The notes under the pieces were generated by a model. It made no database searches and was not told the origin of the DNA. It saw nothing but the letters and a program-made list of their open reading frames with translations. A stretch of DNA of 64,000 nt from Vicugna vicugna (taxonomy: Eukaryota), in assembly GCA_013265495.1 (NCBI GenBank), contig MU058781.1, positions 62,001-126,000 of the forward strand, given 5' to 3'. Shown piece after piece: positions 24,601-39,381 of the stretch (position 1 is the first letter of the stretch; each line of letters begins with the position of its first letter). Position numbers and translations under genes: made by a program.

Positions 24601-26699
24601 CAAAGGTTTTTTCCCCCATTACATTTAGGAAAGAGAAATGAGAGGTTTGCTTAAGCTCTTTCTACTCATGCAAAATCATGAAGCCAGAATCGATGGCCTC
24701 TCCTAAGGCACTTAGAGAATCTGAAGGAATCATTGACTTGAAATAGAAGTTGGTGCTGGAACGGTCACCAGGGCCCAGGTAGCAGAGAAGAGCAGAGTGA
24801 TGTGACAACCGAGGACAGATTAAGTGTGGTTAAGGAGGCCAGGGGCTATCAGCAAAACCAAGATTAAGATGTGACCTGGAGTTCATTGACCTCAAGAGAG
24901 AGGCAAGGATGCTTCCACAGCCAGCATATTTATGAAGATTTTATTAAATAAGAAAGAAGAAATCCAGTTAGGGGCAAGCAGGTTGCCATATAGGGTATTG
25001 AGACCATAACTAAGATCTTGTCTCTAGCAACTTGTAACCAGATTTCACCTGGTCCTGGTGAGAAAGGTTTGGTTATTCATTAAGAATGATGTGTGTTATA
25101 CAGAGCTTAATTGTTTTCCTAGTAATATATGTGTAGTATAGATATGTATAGTAGACCCACATATTTGCTAGGTTTTATTGATTAAGTAAGTTGGATGAGT
25201 TTTTCATGCACTAAAAAAACAGTTTGAGTGACATCTGTATGCAAGACAGAGTTTTGATGCTGGAGAGGAAACCATGCCAGGAGACATCTTTGGAGCCTTC
25301 ATGGAGCCAACATTTTAAAGTGAGTCTCTGTGGCATTCTTTTGCCTTTTCTGTATTAATTTCTTCATTTCCAAGCCTCATGGTAAGATTCTAGTAGAGCT
25401 ACCTGGACCTGGGTTTGGGCACTTAGTCATGGTACGAGTGAGCAAGGAGGCGACACTCTGGGCTGCTGTCTAAGTGAGAAGTGCTCCATCCTGGCTGCCC
25501 TCCGGTAACCAGTCCACAGACCTGAACCTACTCAGAACCCCCAAGTCTGACCCTTACCAGCTTCCTGATCTGAGCCTCTTCTTGTTCTACAGAGAAAGGG
25601 TGATGCCCCTTTGGCCTATTTTGTAGGATTGTTGGGAGATTGAGATCATTTCTAAATTAGAAAAAACTATAGAAATGTGACACGGTTACACTTTAACGTA
25701 AGTAAACAGTGTCTTCAGTAAGCAATAACTGCTAGCTAAAAGGATGTAAAGCAAGGTGGCAGCTTCTTTTAAGGTCACTTTTGTATTATATGGCTTCATA
25801 GAAAATTAACCTTATGATAATCTCGAATTTATGTTCTTGGAAACATTAAAAATATTCAAACATATGGCAGAATATATGAGTCATATCTATTAAGTTTACT
25901 ACCTGGTGTACCAGTTTCCCTACTCAGTCTTCTACACATAATAATGTTAAATCACATTAGGATGTGAGATCTCAGAACAGTGACTCTGTTAACTGCATCT
26001 CTGCAAATGGTGATGAGGGGGGCACACAACAATGATGTTCCGACTGCTGAAAGATGCCCCGTTACCAGGCATTTGAGAAGGTGTGGAGGATGCTTAGCGC
26101 AATGCATGACTAGAACTCAAATAACTGATTTTTTTACATTAGATATATTAAAATTTTATGATAAACTTGTCCAAATCATGAATGTAGATATACATGACTT
26201 CTTATCTTTTTCCAAACACGATTTTATTAAAAAAAAAACCCTAAAGTCTTATGGCCAAAATATTCATGTCTTCTGACCTCAGCACTCGAGCGGAGCTCCA
26301 AAATCCTCCTGGCTGAGTAAAACACCTAAGTCTTGTAGGCTTTTGTTCCAGCGTCACCGATCCCACGTGTGTAAACCTGTCCTCTCACACCTCTGGTGGG
26401 GCTGACCGGTCTGCTAACGAGAAGAAGAGGGATCAAAAATATTGCTCCATTTTTGTTGTCTGTGCATATTTTAAGGATTTGGCGGGATGCCATCCCAGAA
26501 AGGGGATCCTCGGAGCGTTGTGAGAAAAGGCAGGATTTAGATTGAGAAAACTCGAGAACAGAGTTCAGAATGCGAAGCCCCAATTGCTTGAAACGTTAAT
26601 GTTTGCTGCCTCTATTTAAATAAGTTAAATTAGCTCAAGAGACAAAGTCAAAGATTCCTGCCACTTTCTAGTTGAAGCCTCTGCTGTTTGATGTGAGTT

Positions 26700-27260
26700 G
26701 AAAATATTCTTTTAGCTGCAAGGGAATAAAACCCTGACTCACACTGATTTCAGGAAAAACAAGTGAAAGCAGGGTTGGGGGTACTTGTTGGCACGTGGCG
26801 CTGAAATGCCCAGGGTACTCTATTCAGGCAGGACTGGATCCAAAGCGTGGGGATGCGAAAAGCAGAAAGCGTCAGGAGCTCTCTCCCCCTCCTCTCTCCT
26901 GTGTGGTTCCGTTGTTTTGGGCAGATTTTCCTTATGAACTGGCAAAGTGGCTATCTCAGCCCACGTCCTTTACACTTAGTAATCCTTAGTGGAATAAGAA
27001 AACTACTTTCATGCTAATTCCAGTGAGAGATCCAGGGCTCAGTCTCACCGAGGGACTTCAGTCTGTGCCTGTCTCCAGACCAATCACTGTTGACAAGGGG
27101 ATGGATCTGCTGTTTAGGGCTGGGTTGTGATTCCGCGTGGCTGGTGAGAGATGAACGTGACTCTTGTGGTGGAGGTTGGGAGGAGGGGGTTTAGGTGCCC
27201 AGAACCACAGGAACTGAGAGAGGAAAGTCAAGGTACTATTATCAGAAGGAAGCCAATATC
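26700..27260 (-). mobile_element. Old MaLR LTR (MLT1-type)
   Basis: TTTTAGCTGCAAGGGAATAAAACCCTGACTCACACTGATTT start and GACCAATCACTGT...GGGATGG internal motif. Confidence 0.55.
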
Positions 27261-29150
27261 AAGACATGCCTTCTGTGTGTGTTTGTAAATTATATGAAAA
27301 AAATTTAAATTTCCCCATAAATTGACCATCTTTACATTTCTGTTACTAAAATTTTAAAAAGATACCGCCAGGAAACAAACCTCCAGAATTCAAGGGCTAA
27401 TGCTATTACCTGGAATCTCAGTTGCTACAAAACTGAAAATGCTTTGAATACCGTAAAGGACGGTACCCATTAAAACTATGTATGTAAAAGTGGTTTTTAG
27501 TTGCTTCTCTTCTGTTAACTTTTATGTATCACTGTAATAAATTCAGATAGTCTTAAGATAATGCCTCTTTCATGATTGTCTGATACTTCACAGAAAATGC
27601 ATTTCCATGTTTGAAATGGAAGGATGGTTATTTTATGTGTTACAATAGTGTTAAAACATAATTTTAAAGGAGACATAATGAATCTCAGAGCAGAGAACTA
27701 CTTGATACCTTGCAATATATTGCAAGGATACATCTTGCCTTTAAAATAGTCTTCTTGTTCTGTGACTGAGACTTAGAATCAATGAGTCTGTGTAAATTTA
27801 CCATTTACTGTTAAAAAGTTTACAAAGTACATGTATAAATACGTAAGTATAGAAAATAAATATAGATAGTATATTGTTGACTTTCAGCTCTTTAGAGCAT
27901 GTCAAGCTCAGAAAGCAGAATATAGAGTTAGTTGTAGAAGAAAATACATTTTGCTTGATTTTCTGTTACCAGTATTTTATTATAAAGAAAAATTGACTGT
28001 GCCCCGATCCCCACTCTGTCACTCGTTAGCTGTCACCTTGGATTAAGTCACTTAATCTCCTTGGGCCTAGTTTCCTAATCTGAAATTGAAGAGATTTAAT
28101 TAGATGTTACGTAAGCTGCCCTAAAATTATATAATTTATGCAAGCTCTGAAAATGCTAAATCACAAAATATCATGTATTTTGGAAGTAAACTAAACTGCC
28201 AAGGACAGTGGCACTTTTTTTTTTCCCACCAATGAGTCCCTGCACCTAATATGGCTACTACTTGATTCTGTCCAAACTACTGTGAAGAAAACCAGGGGGA
28301 TTGTGTGGATATTTCTGTTGAAAGGTTTAAATTCAAATTCTCAGATGTTCTGAGATCACCCACACGATTTTAGATGGGAGGTTTGATTCAACTTTTCTTC
28401 CCAGTGGGAGTACAGCTCAGGAGCAGGATGGGGTTACCAGGGACAGTGCATGTTGGTCCACTTGAAATGTTTCAAAAGCACGGGGTGGGCTATTTGGGAT
28501 TTCATCTTACTCAACTGGCCAGTCTGTTGTGAGCTACTTCATGGTACCATGCATGCCAAGTGCTTTCCCCCCTTTCTGTTGCCATCATCCTCCCTCTCCA
28601 AGGATCGGACTGCAAATCCACCCACTTCTTTAAGAGTTAATGTTCTTTTTCCACAATCTAATTGACTCTGCATGCTGCTTTCCAGGCACAGCCCTTTGAG
28701 AACATTCCCAACCGGAAAAAAACAATAATAGGAATGGCTACAAAATATAATTAATTGTTCTGACTATTAATGCAGGAGGAAGATGTCTAATGGGTTGCAG
28801 ATTTCTTCCTATTTGAATAGCGTGACCGTGACCAATTAAAAAGGAAACCCTCAGTTGGAGTTGCATTTCCTTAGTTCCCCTCCATCAGGGCAGGGCCTGG
28901 GCGTGGGTGATGGTTGCCTGGTGTTCTACGCACGGAGAGAAGTGATGTGCATACAGGGATGGGTTTCAGTGATTGAAAAGAGAGCGGAGTCCTTTAAACC
29001 ATTGTTAAGAATAAGGCAGCAAGACTCCACTCGCCTTGCTAACCGTTAAATATTTCTGGATGTCTGCCAGCATCCTTTAGTATTTCTTTGAAGCTTTCTT
29101 TTACTTACTACAGTAGAGTAATTAGAGTGTATTTTTTCATCTTCCCTTAA

Positions 29151-29189
29151 ACACAGACACACACACACACACACACACACACGACACAC
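29151..29189. repeat. (AC)n microsatellite
   Basis: 13 perfect AC units at 29157-29182 with imperfect flanks. Confidence 0.95.
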
Positions 29190-30983
29190 TGGTGCATTTT
29201 GCTCTGACATACGCTTTCTCCAGCCCTCCTTCTGAGGCCATGGATGGACTACATCAGGAAGCATCTCAGGGTTGGTGTAGCAGCACTAATTCTTTTTAGG
29301 GCCTCGGTTTCTGAATCTGCCTTTGAATGTTTCCCTAATATAGCTAAGGAAGTTTATATATTGGGAGCTGATTAGATTTTACAAAGAAATTCTCCCTGGG
29401 GTCAATTAAAAATGAAATGAAACTCAGCTTAGCCTGATCACATAGAAGATGAAATTTTTGCTTTCTAATTTGGCACTTTAGCATCTTATCTGATTATATT
29501 TCTTTTGGAAAGGTAAAGATTTTTTAAAAAAATTTTAAAGTTAAGTATGAAGTAGTTAATTCTCTGCACAAAAGTATATATACATATTATAAAAATTACT
29601 GAGATAACTCCTCAAAATATGATTGTTATCATAATTACATTGATAATATTAATCTTATTTAAAACAACCCAACAACATTGTTCCCTTTAACTCTCCCTTC
29701 TCTCCAGGCTACTAAAAAGATTTAAACCATCATCACCTCTGCCACCACAATAAGAAAATCCTGGGAAAAAAAATTTCCTCTTTCATAGAATATTGCAGCT
29801 TCTATTGGTGTCCCTTGTGGGGAAAATAATACATACATACAAACAAGCTATTGACGATAAAGCAGAAAATGTGTAGAGAAGAACATGGTTATTTTTTTTG
29901 TACATGCTCCTAGTAAGCCACAGAACTTTGATTACACTTGACTTTCTGTTTACGATCTCTAATAGAACCATGTTGATCCCTAAACACATTACGTGATAAT
30001 GATGCCAAGTCTGACTTTTGGCATCACACATGACAATCAGGCCCACATTGTTAGTTAAGACCCTAGTTCCAAGAAGACATGTGAGCTCAGCACATCTAAC
30101 GGCTTGGGAGAGAATGACTCTGAGGGCTCTCTGTTTCTCTGACGGAAAAGTCCTGCTTTTCCACCACCCCCATGTGTATTCAGGTGTCTGACAAATGGTC
30201 TGGTCATCTTACGCAAATAAGAAAAGTGCAAGGTCAACTTTGGTGGAAGGAAAATACACTAGAGGAAAAGTTCGGGGGGAACTCCTGACCGTAACTCTCA
30301 GATTACCCAGAAAACTATTGCCAACTTTCTTCAGAGCCCCAAGTTCCTCAAAGGGGGCGATGTTTTAATAGAGTAAATTATACCTGTAAAAAGTTGCTTA
30401 GAAGGGCAAGCTACAGCACATTTGTTTGGGGAATTGCAAGCAGTGGATTTTCCAGCAGCAGGTGGAGGGCCACTGCTGCGGGGGTTGGCTACAGGCACAA
30501 GGCCAGCAGGCCTACGTGGGCAGTGGGCTGGAAATCAACCTGTTTTTATTGACTTGTTCATTAATATCAATTTTCTCTGGCACTCACATCACTAAATCTG
30601 TGGCTTTCAAATTACCAGAATGGTTGATTTTGATCTCCAAGATCCTTTCCGGGGATGAAGGCAGTGGTTCTGATGATGAGATGGGGGTGTTGGCTGCATT
30701 TTGGGGGTGACATTGGCTCTCCCCTACCTGCCTCATGAGTTACGGGATCAGGACTGCCATGGAAATTCAGGCACGTCAGAGCAGACACTGTCCATCCCTG
30801 AAGGGTGCACCATTCTGGTGGGTGCCTTTGGTACAGCTTGTGAGTTTGTACACTGTGTTTGGATCTGACCCTCCACCAGGAGGAGCTTGAGAGTTTGCGA
30901 TGAGAAATGCCAAGAAATGAACACTGTTTTTCATGTTTAACTTTCACAGAGAAAACCACCAAAAGGACATTGTTTTTGCCTCT

Positions 30984-30999
30984 AAAAACAAAACAAAAC

Positions 31000-31029
<30 letters not shown>
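30984..31029. repeat. (AAAAC)n pentanucleotide microsatellite
   Basis: About eight to nine tandem AAAAC units. Confidence 0.95.
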
Positions 31030-31032
<3 letters not shown>

Positions 31033-31429
31033 GCATTCAATTGCCAATCTTGGGATATGTTTATATTTTAAAAACCATTTTGGTTAATATTTACTTTAAG
31101 TCAACAAAAATATTAGAGTATTAACATTTTTTAAGGGCAAATAAACAGCTTCAAAGATGAAGACTGTCAATTAAAATATTTCTATTAAAATTTCAATTTC
31201 CACCAATTTGAGTCAATGGAGAACCATCTGGGTTGTAGCTACGGCAATGCTTTCTTCTGAAGTCACATTAACAAAGTAAGCCCTACGTAACCAGGGGACT
31301 CACCATGTGAGCAGACAGTCCAGGACTCAGACCCAGCCTCTCCGAGTTCAAAACCAATTTTCTCCCCACCATCCGATAGGCATGTGTGTATATGTGGGCA
31401 GAGTATATTGTGTGCTGCTGAAGCTGGTA

Positions 31430-33900
31430 GGCTGACATTCTATTTTGAATTTTTGCATTTCTGTTTGTGTGTGAGGTTGATCTATAGCTTTGTTCTCATG
31501 CTGTCCTTATCTGATATGATATCAAGTTTGTGTTAGGGAACTAATGGTTTTGTTGAATGATTTCTTGCTCACCGGTTTTCTGTTAATTCATTTTGATTCA
31601 CACAGTATTTATTATTTTGTTCCCAGATTTTTCAGTTTTGTGTTATTATTATTTTTCTAGCTTTTGAGTTGAAAATTTTATTACCCTTTTCCCTCTGTCA
31701 TTATTCTTCTTTTCTTTTTTTCTTTTTTAAATAAATGCTCTTTTTGGAGAAGTTATTACTTTAGGTGTATTTTACAGTTTTTTAAATAAGTACTTCCATT
31801 GTTTGATTTTATTTATTTCAAGTTAGACATATTTTATAATTTCCATTGTTATTTTCTTTTTAAACTAATGAGTTATTAAAAGTGTCTATTTAAATTCCCA
31901 AATACACGAGGAGGTTTTTTTTTTTTCATTACTGAATTCTATTTTATATTTCTTTGTCAGAGAATATGTTCTTTGTGGTATGTTTCTTTGTATTCTAAGT
32001 TTATGTTTTAATTTATGATCTATTGTATGGGTCATGGGTTCTGTAAATGTTCACATGGGCTTGATAATAATGCTTACTATTTATGGTTACTTGAGAATTT
32101 ATTTAAATATAAATTATATATATACACATATTGATCACAGATAATTGTTATCAATATTCATAATTTTATTCTGCAAATCCTTTATATCTGTAATATTTTT
32201 TCTCTGCTTCTGAGAGAAAAGTATTAAAATATCCACTGTGACTTTGTTATTGTGATTTTTTTTTCCCTAGTAATTGTTAGTTTTGGTTTATGTTTTTCAA
32301 AGTCATGTTGTTAAATGCATAAAGTTTACAGTGTTTCTTATTTTGCATTAATATTTTCTTAACATTAAGTTATACTTCAATGACTTTATAATATAGTGGC
32401 AAAATATGTTAGAATTAGGAAATAGTTATAGTTAATTAGAATTAATTAAAATTTGCCTGGTAAATCTTTTTCCATTTCTTTATTTTGTCTTTTTGATTTT
32501 AAATTGAGTTTTAAATATTTAATCCTGTCTGATAATCTGATAATAAGTGGATTGTCTTTGTTTACATTCATCCTGATTTCTGATATATTTGAATTTCTAC
32601 CATTTTGGTTTCTTTGTCTCTTACCCCTTCTGCTGTCTGACTTGTGTTGGTTTGTTAAAGTTTTCTACATTCTCCTGTTCCTCATCTTGTAATAGTTTAA
32701 AGCTATTAGTTGCATCTGTATTGTTTTTAATTTTTATTATTTATGATCATTGTTTAATCTTTAATTTTTAACACCTGTATGTAACTATAAAATTTTAAAC
32801 AAATTCCAAAATTATTCAATAGTTCTAGTCACCTCTCAAACACAAAAAAGGCCCTTAGCATTTTGGGGCTGTTCATTAAGTAACTGCTCCCATTTTGTAC
32901 TGCTATATAGTTTTCTTTTTTAAAAGTATAAGCAATTATGATTATTTATTAAAGTATATTGTTAAGCAAGCTTACTAGCTTATTGTATCAATAATTGTCC
33001 TCTTCTTTGTCGCTTATATTTCTACTGTCTTAACTTTGCTCTGAAGTATACATTAATAAAGAGAGTCTATAGGTAGCTATCTTTTTATGTTTAAAATGAT
33101 TTATTTTGGGCTCATGCTTGAGTAAGTCTTAAATATAAAACCTATCATTACAATTATTTTCTATCTACATTAAAAGATCCTAGTCTATTGTTTTCTGACA
33201 TCTGTTGTTGCTGATAAGGAGCCAAATTGCCATTTCTCTGTAGTTTATCTTTCCTCTTGCAGCATTTAAAATTTTGCTTTTTCTCTTATTTTCCAGTTTC
33301 ACTATGATATTTCCAGGAGGACATTTACCTTTATTTATCTTCTTGGCACTCTAAGTGCACTTCTCATCTCAGGACTAATGCCTTTCTTTTATTCTGGAAA
33401 ATTATCATCTAATATCTCTTTAAAATTCTTTAAAATTTGCTGCTTCTTTGTGCCATTCTCTAGGCAAGCCCTTTAGTACCACTGCTCAACTCACAGTTTC
33501 TTTCTTTATCTGTGTTCAGTCTAGAATTCAGCTTGCCTTTTTAATTTTGAAATTTTTATTGCCTAAAATGTCTTTATTTTTTATTTTCACAGCATCTGTT
33601 TCCTCCTAGTCACCTGTTTCTCCCTACATTAAAAAAATTCCATCATTTATTTTTCTTTTAAATGAATATTAGTCCTTTATTCATCTCTTTAAGTCTCCTA
33701 GGTATATTGAAGTCTTCGTTAGACTGTGAATATTAATTTTTTACGTGCAAATTCATGGTTTGATTTTATTGATTAATTTGGTTGACCTTCTTGGCATTAG
33801 AATTTTTCATTATGTGTTTTGATGTTTTGGTTTGCAGACTTATTTTGAATGGAAGGTTATCTGAATCATTTATTGTTTTCTTTCTCTCTCCTTATTCTTC
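31430..33900 (-). mobile_element. Old L1M body (decayed ORF2/ORF1 region)
   Basis: About 2.5 kb T-rich tract with antisense L1 phrases (TTTTTGCATTTCTGTTTGTGTGTGAGGTTGATCTATAG; TTCTGAGAGAAAAGTATTAAAATATCCACTGTG; TTCTGACATCTGTTGTTGCTGATAAG; TTCTGGAAAATTATCATC). Confidence 0.65.
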
Positions 33901-34664
33901 CCAGATGAGTGGGATGCTTCTTTCCAGCCTTCCAGGTCCCAAGTCCAGAACTTGGCCTTATGGTATCTCTCTGGGGCTCTTCCCAGTGGTGTGTGGAGAT
34001 ACCAGACTTGCACCAAAATCCAATATTCTTGGATGTCCAATTCTGTGCCCTTTATCTTTTGTCTTTGTGGTCATCCAAAAATATGTTCAGTTTTACTAAA
34101 CACCAGTTCTCCATTGACTGCCGAGTACAGTATAGCCTGGCCAAGATGGTAGCCATTTTCAGACTCAATGATTTTTATATTAATTACATTTAACCATACT
34201 TAGTTTCATGAAATTGAAATGCATGAAGGAGGGACCCTGGGGTGAGAGGTGGGGGTGTTAATACATTATATTTTTAGAGGAATAAAAGAAGTAGTTTTGT
34301 TTTATTTAGAAAGATTTGAAAATTAGTTTAAATCATTCACAGGTTCTTAGAAGTTCTCTTGTGATGTCTGTTTGCTGTAACAATGGCAAGATGATGAGTT
34401 GTAGGCTCAGACAACCAGAATCCTCATGGTTGATCTGGTATTTCTGGCTCCACTATTAACTGATCTAAAAACAAACCAAAGTGATTGTCAATGCAAAGGT
34501 AATCAAAATGGTTAGACTATGGTAGTCAGTTCTGAAAGATGCTGTAGTGAGGCCTGAACACCAAGAGAGGAACTTTAGTAGATGATTGTGTCATTGAGAA
34601 TAAACAATGAGCACAAATGCACTTCAAGTCATCTCAGAGATGTGTTTCACTTTTCAGTTCAGTT

Positions 34665-35033
34665 TGTCTTAGTCTATTTGGGCTGCTGTAACAAAAATAT
34701 CCTAAATGAGGTGGCTTATAAACAACATAAATTTATTTCTCACAGTTCTGGAGGCTGGAAGTAAGGTCAGGGTGCCATCATGGTCATGTTGTGGTGAGAA
34801 CCCTCTTCTGGGTCGCAGAGTGCAGACTTCTCATTGTATCCTGATATGGAGGAGAGCAGAGAGAAAGCAAGCTCTTGTGACTCCTATAAGGGCACTAATC
34901 CAATTCATGGGGGCTTCATCCTCATGACCTCATTTAAGCCTACTTGCCTCCCAAAGGCCCTGCTCTGTAATACCATCACATTGGACAGCAGGGCTTCATC
35001 GTATGTTTTGAGGGACATGTTCAGTCCATAACA
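34665..35033 (-). mobile_element. MaLR solo LTR MLT1A-type
   Basis: TGTCTTAGTCTATTTGGGCTGCTGTAACAAAA...TTTATTTCTCACAGTTCTGGAGGCTGGAAGT...TTCAGTCCATAACA; about 370 bp with TG...CA ends. Confidence 0.85.
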
Positions 35034-37411
35034 GTGTTGTAAATGTTTTTAAGAAAGATGCCATATGATATGATGCCCCACATGGAATGAGTAGATAGAA
35101 AGTGTGCAAACTAAATATTCTTTGAGACTCATTCATGTCAATGTTTATTCCTGCAGTGCAGAGAATAATCTCCAGGATATAGTTATAGTTTGTGATGACT
35201 GAGAAGTAGGTTTCCAGGAGTGGAACAGTATGGACCTAGGTTTTTGACATTGCAGCTGCCCCTCCGAATTTCTGACATAACAGGAAAATTATCTCTGGTC
35301 CAGATACTGGAATTTCTTTGACAACATCATATTATTTCTGAAACTTAACAAGTTAAAAACATATTCTTGCATATTTGATGTTATGTTCTTTGGAAATTTT
35401 ATTTCTTCTATTAGAATATTAAATGATACAACATTTTATTTGATCTGCATTGACTATAGCAAAAGATTTTCATAAACATATGTAAGAAATAAAACTTTTT
35501 AATGAACATTATACTTTAATTGCTCTACTGACTTAAAAAGCCACTCATTGGGGTGAATATTGTTATGAACTCTTTTCTGGAGAAATTTTGTAAGTGCAGA
35601 AGCCATTAAAATGATTAAAATTTCCCCGTGACTTCTGTTATTTGTGCAGTTATTTTTGATACTGAGAACAACCATACTGTTGAATCTAGCTACTAAAAAG
35701 TACAAGATGTGTCAGACACCTGTCCAGAAGAAGAAAGTTCTGGAATAACTCTTGCACTTTCTATCTATTGCTGCTCCTCTGTTCTTGTATCTTTTCTTCC
35801 TTTTAAGGAAAAAAAAAAAAGAGCGTCTTGGAACAAATTGATTTTGTTAGCACATTGATCATACTCCTAGCCTGCGGTTAGAGCATAACTTCAAAAACAA
35901 TAATAAGTAAGACAATCATCTAATTTTACTGAAATAAAACTGAAAATGTACACCCGACAGAATCATCTCTGAGACTACGTTAGGTGCTTTTGTGTTTGTA
36001 CTTTATTCTCAATGACACTGTAATCTACTAAAGTTCCTCTCTCGCTTTTTCTCTTTGCAATCTGGAAGAACAGATTCACCAGTGATTGTGCTCATTTATA
36101 AAAGCATCCAAAACAAAATTGAACCCCAAGGCTGATAAGCTATAAAGATGCTGATCGGATCTGAGCAGAATGGACCATGCTTTAGGGCTCGCTCAACTAA
36201 AGATGGTTCTGGAAGACTGATGGCTTTAGAGACACAATTACAAACACCACAGCTCTGTCAGATGGATGGAGATGCGTGAAACATGGGGCTGGCCCTTTAT
36301 TAAGGAAAGAATGACGTTTTGTAAAATACTTCCTAAGATTTAGTCATTTTTTTTTTTGGAGGTAATTAAATTCTTCCAGCATTCTTCAGTAGAAGACATA
36401 ATCAAACAATTGCACGAGAAAGAACAATCCAATAGTATACATACATATATATATATAAATATAAAATAGTTCTACAAAACAAAGACTGATTGATTTTTTA
36501 ATGGCTCAAACTAAAAGGGGCGAACCTCGTCAAATTTATATAATTGCTATTCACAACCAGTAGAAGGTGCAATTGATAGGAAATTAGAAATGTTTGTTCT
36601 TTCCAGAGTTCCTGTCCAAAGAGAGGTTGGAGATTAAAAAAGAGAACTTGGAATTATTTCCTTTGTTTTCAAGACCACAAAGAGCTAAAAAACGAAATTA
36701 GAACTGAAGCAAAATATTTAAAAAATGAGATTGATATTTAATTTGAGATTAAAGCACATTTATCAGGGGGTGGTGTCCGCGAGACCAGGCTTGAATGGAT
36801 GTGCCCTTGGGCTTATGTCCTAGGAAGTTCAGATGACGTCTTAGATTCATAGTTTATAAATAAGACCCTGAATATGCATTTCTGGAAAATTTTTTTTTAC
36901 CAAATTAAAGTTTTATTTTTTTGACCAAATAAGCAAGTATGAATGCCAATTTAAAGTTTCCTGGATTCTCCAGATTTTATTTCATAATTTACTGGTGAAA
37001 CAATGATGAAATCTATTACCATTACCTGGAGTGGCCTCGTTCATCTTTTGTGTCCTTAGCTTCTCTGCTGAGAAACTTTATGCTCAGTTCATTCTGTGTC
37101 CTCAGAGTTCTTGTGGTTTCTTCTGGCTTCCCACTAAAATAAACTTACTTGGTTCCCTTATTTACACAGATAAATACATGAATAATAATGGCTTTCTCTT
37201 GTAGTAATAAAAAAATCAAGCTAGAATCATCCAGGTCATTGAAACACTGAAATTAACTAATTTTTGTAGTCTCAGAGAATAATTTGAATTAAAGGGAGAG
37301 AAATTTGATACATTCCATTATATGTCTGAAAACTGGTTGTTTGAGAGATATTAACTTTATTGATGTGCAAAGTTAATCTAAATTAAAACGTCAGAATAAG
37401 GATATCTAAGA

Positions 37412-38082
37412 CAGACTGGCCCTTAACGTTTCCAAGGCCCTAGGCAGGAACTTTCAGGTAGAAGGCCGTGTACCCTAAGTGTAAATATATACAAGTCATA
37501 AACCAAGCCAAACAAACTCTCAAATAAATATGTTCTACCCTCTTACCGTGACAAATACAAGTTATAACACCCTGGCAGGCCAAATTTGAATCTGAATTCT
37601 GGAGCGCCTAGGAACGCTGCGCTGTGGTGTGATGCCCAAGAGGGCTGCACCAGAGCTGCTGGCTTGTAACCACTGTCTCCTCTCTGTCCTTCCTTGTTTG
37701 CACTAGAAAGCTCCTCAGGCACGCAGGTGGGGAGACCAACCAGTATTCTGAAACTCCATTTACATCTCAAGCACTTATCAGTCTTTTGGCGTCTCTTAGG
37801 CCTAGAGGGTGTGTATGTTAATGATAAGATGACATTGAATGGGAAGAAGTCAACAGTCTGGAATGTTAGCTCTGGGCTGCAGGAGCTGGGACTTCCAGGG
37901 GACCAGGTATCCTGAGTGTGGCCTAGAAGGAGGGTGGGGACTCTGAGTAGCCAAGCCCCTTTTCCCCCTACCGGCTTCTTGCCCACAGGAGGGTCCTGAC
38001 CAGAGAAGATATAGAAAAGGGTTTTCTAAAGCCCAGGGCCCAGGGCAGGGGCCTCTCTTTCCGAGATGTAGAGATGACATTG
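37412..38082 (-). mobile_element. hAT-Tip100 non-autonomous DNA transposon (MER115-like), near full length
   Basis: Ends CAGACTGGCCCTTAACGTTTCCAAGGCCC... and ...GGGCCCAGGGCAGGGGCCTCTCTTTCCGAGATGTAGAGATGACATTG resemble MER115 termini. Flanks ATCTAAGA and GTCTAAAT (5/8) fit a decayed 8-bp hAT TSD. Confidence 0.65.
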
Positions 38083-38358
38083 GTCTAAATTCTCATGCGT
38101 TAAAGTGTAGGCTCTAACTCAGACAAGATCCTTTGTCCATTTTATGTCTAGACAGTTGTATAAGGGATTTTGTAAAATCACTTTATATAATAAGGGATGA
38201 AACGTAAAAGAAATCAACATCTAAATCTGTGGGAAATTAGTTTTGGTGTTATTTACACAATTTGGGTATATATATTTTCCAGTGATATTTAAACTTGCTG
38301 CAGTTAGTCAGGAATAGGGAAATGTATAACAAACCTGTAGTTTATATTTGGAGGGGTA

Positions 38359-38853
38359 TGTGGTGGACAGAATGATTGCCTCCTAATGAAATTTGCATCC
38401 TAATCCTTGGAACCTATGAATATGTTGCAAAGAGGACTTAAGGTTGTGGACAGAATTAAGATTGGTAATCAGCTGGCCTTAAAATAGGGAGATTATCCCC
38501 CATTATCTAGGTACCCTGGATGTAATGAGAAGGGTTCCTAGCAGAAGAGCAGGCTAGAGGGAAGTGAGTTCAGATCTGAAAAATACTCAACTTGCCAATT
38601 TTGTCTTTGAAGATAGAGGAAGGGGTCAGGGGTCAACGAATGCGGTGATCTCTGAAAACCGGACAAGGCAAAGAAACATACTCTTCCCCAGAGCCTTCAG
38701 AAAGGACTAAGAGCCTTACAAATGTCTTGATTTTTAGTCCAGTGAAACTGATGTCAGACTTCTGACCTCCAGAACTCTAAGATAATAAATATGCATTCTT
38801 TTAAGACATCAATGTTAACGGTAATTTATTACTGCAGCAATAGAAAACTAACA
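38359..38853 (+). mobile_element. MaLR solo LTR MLT1D-type
   Basis: TGTGGTGGACAGAATGA...CCTAATCCTTGGAACCTATGAATATGTT...CTTCTGACCTCCAGAACT...GCAGCAATAGAAAACTAA. Confidence 0.85.
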
Positions 38854-39348
38854 GCCCAGAGTGTTGCTTTGAAAAGCTTAGGATGGTATTGAAATCTCTT
38901 TGTTATTATTATTATTAATTCTTTTTCTTCTTCTACACATTAGTGTAGAATATTCTATGTTCTTGATTAACATTTCTTAAAAATATGGATGAATTCACAA
39001 CTAGGGTAAAAAATATTGTAAACCACTAGTAGAAAATTATATAGTGATATACTTATCATAGCACACATATACACAAATTTAGCCTCGTGTGGACGGTGCC
39101 AGTGTAGCCCACAGGCATATTAGTTGTCTGCTTTGACTGTCCTATAGAAAATATTAACTAAAATTTAGAGCCTGATTGAGTTGTGAAAAATCCTCAAAAA
39201 GATTATTCTGTGATGCTATAGCTGCATTTTAAAACAACAAATACTCTATGCAGAAATGTATGAGAGCCATGAAATTGGCAAATCCTTTAGAACAGCTCAT
39301 AGAACTTTGTAGAAGTTGTTGTGACATATTCAAACAAGTACTATTTTT

Positions 39349-39381
39349 GTCGCCTCTCAGCCTTTTGGCTAAGATCAAGTG
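39349..39381 (+). pseudogene. RNU2: 3'-truncated U2 snRNA retropseudogene (nt 1-33)
   Basis: GTCGCCTCTCAGCCTTTTGGCTAAGATCAAGTG versus U2 5' end ATCGCTTCTCGGCCTTTTGGCTAAGATCAAGTG (30/33). Flanked by 18-bp direct repeats CAAA(C/T)AAGTACTATTTTT at 39331-39348 and 39382-39399. Confidence 0.9.
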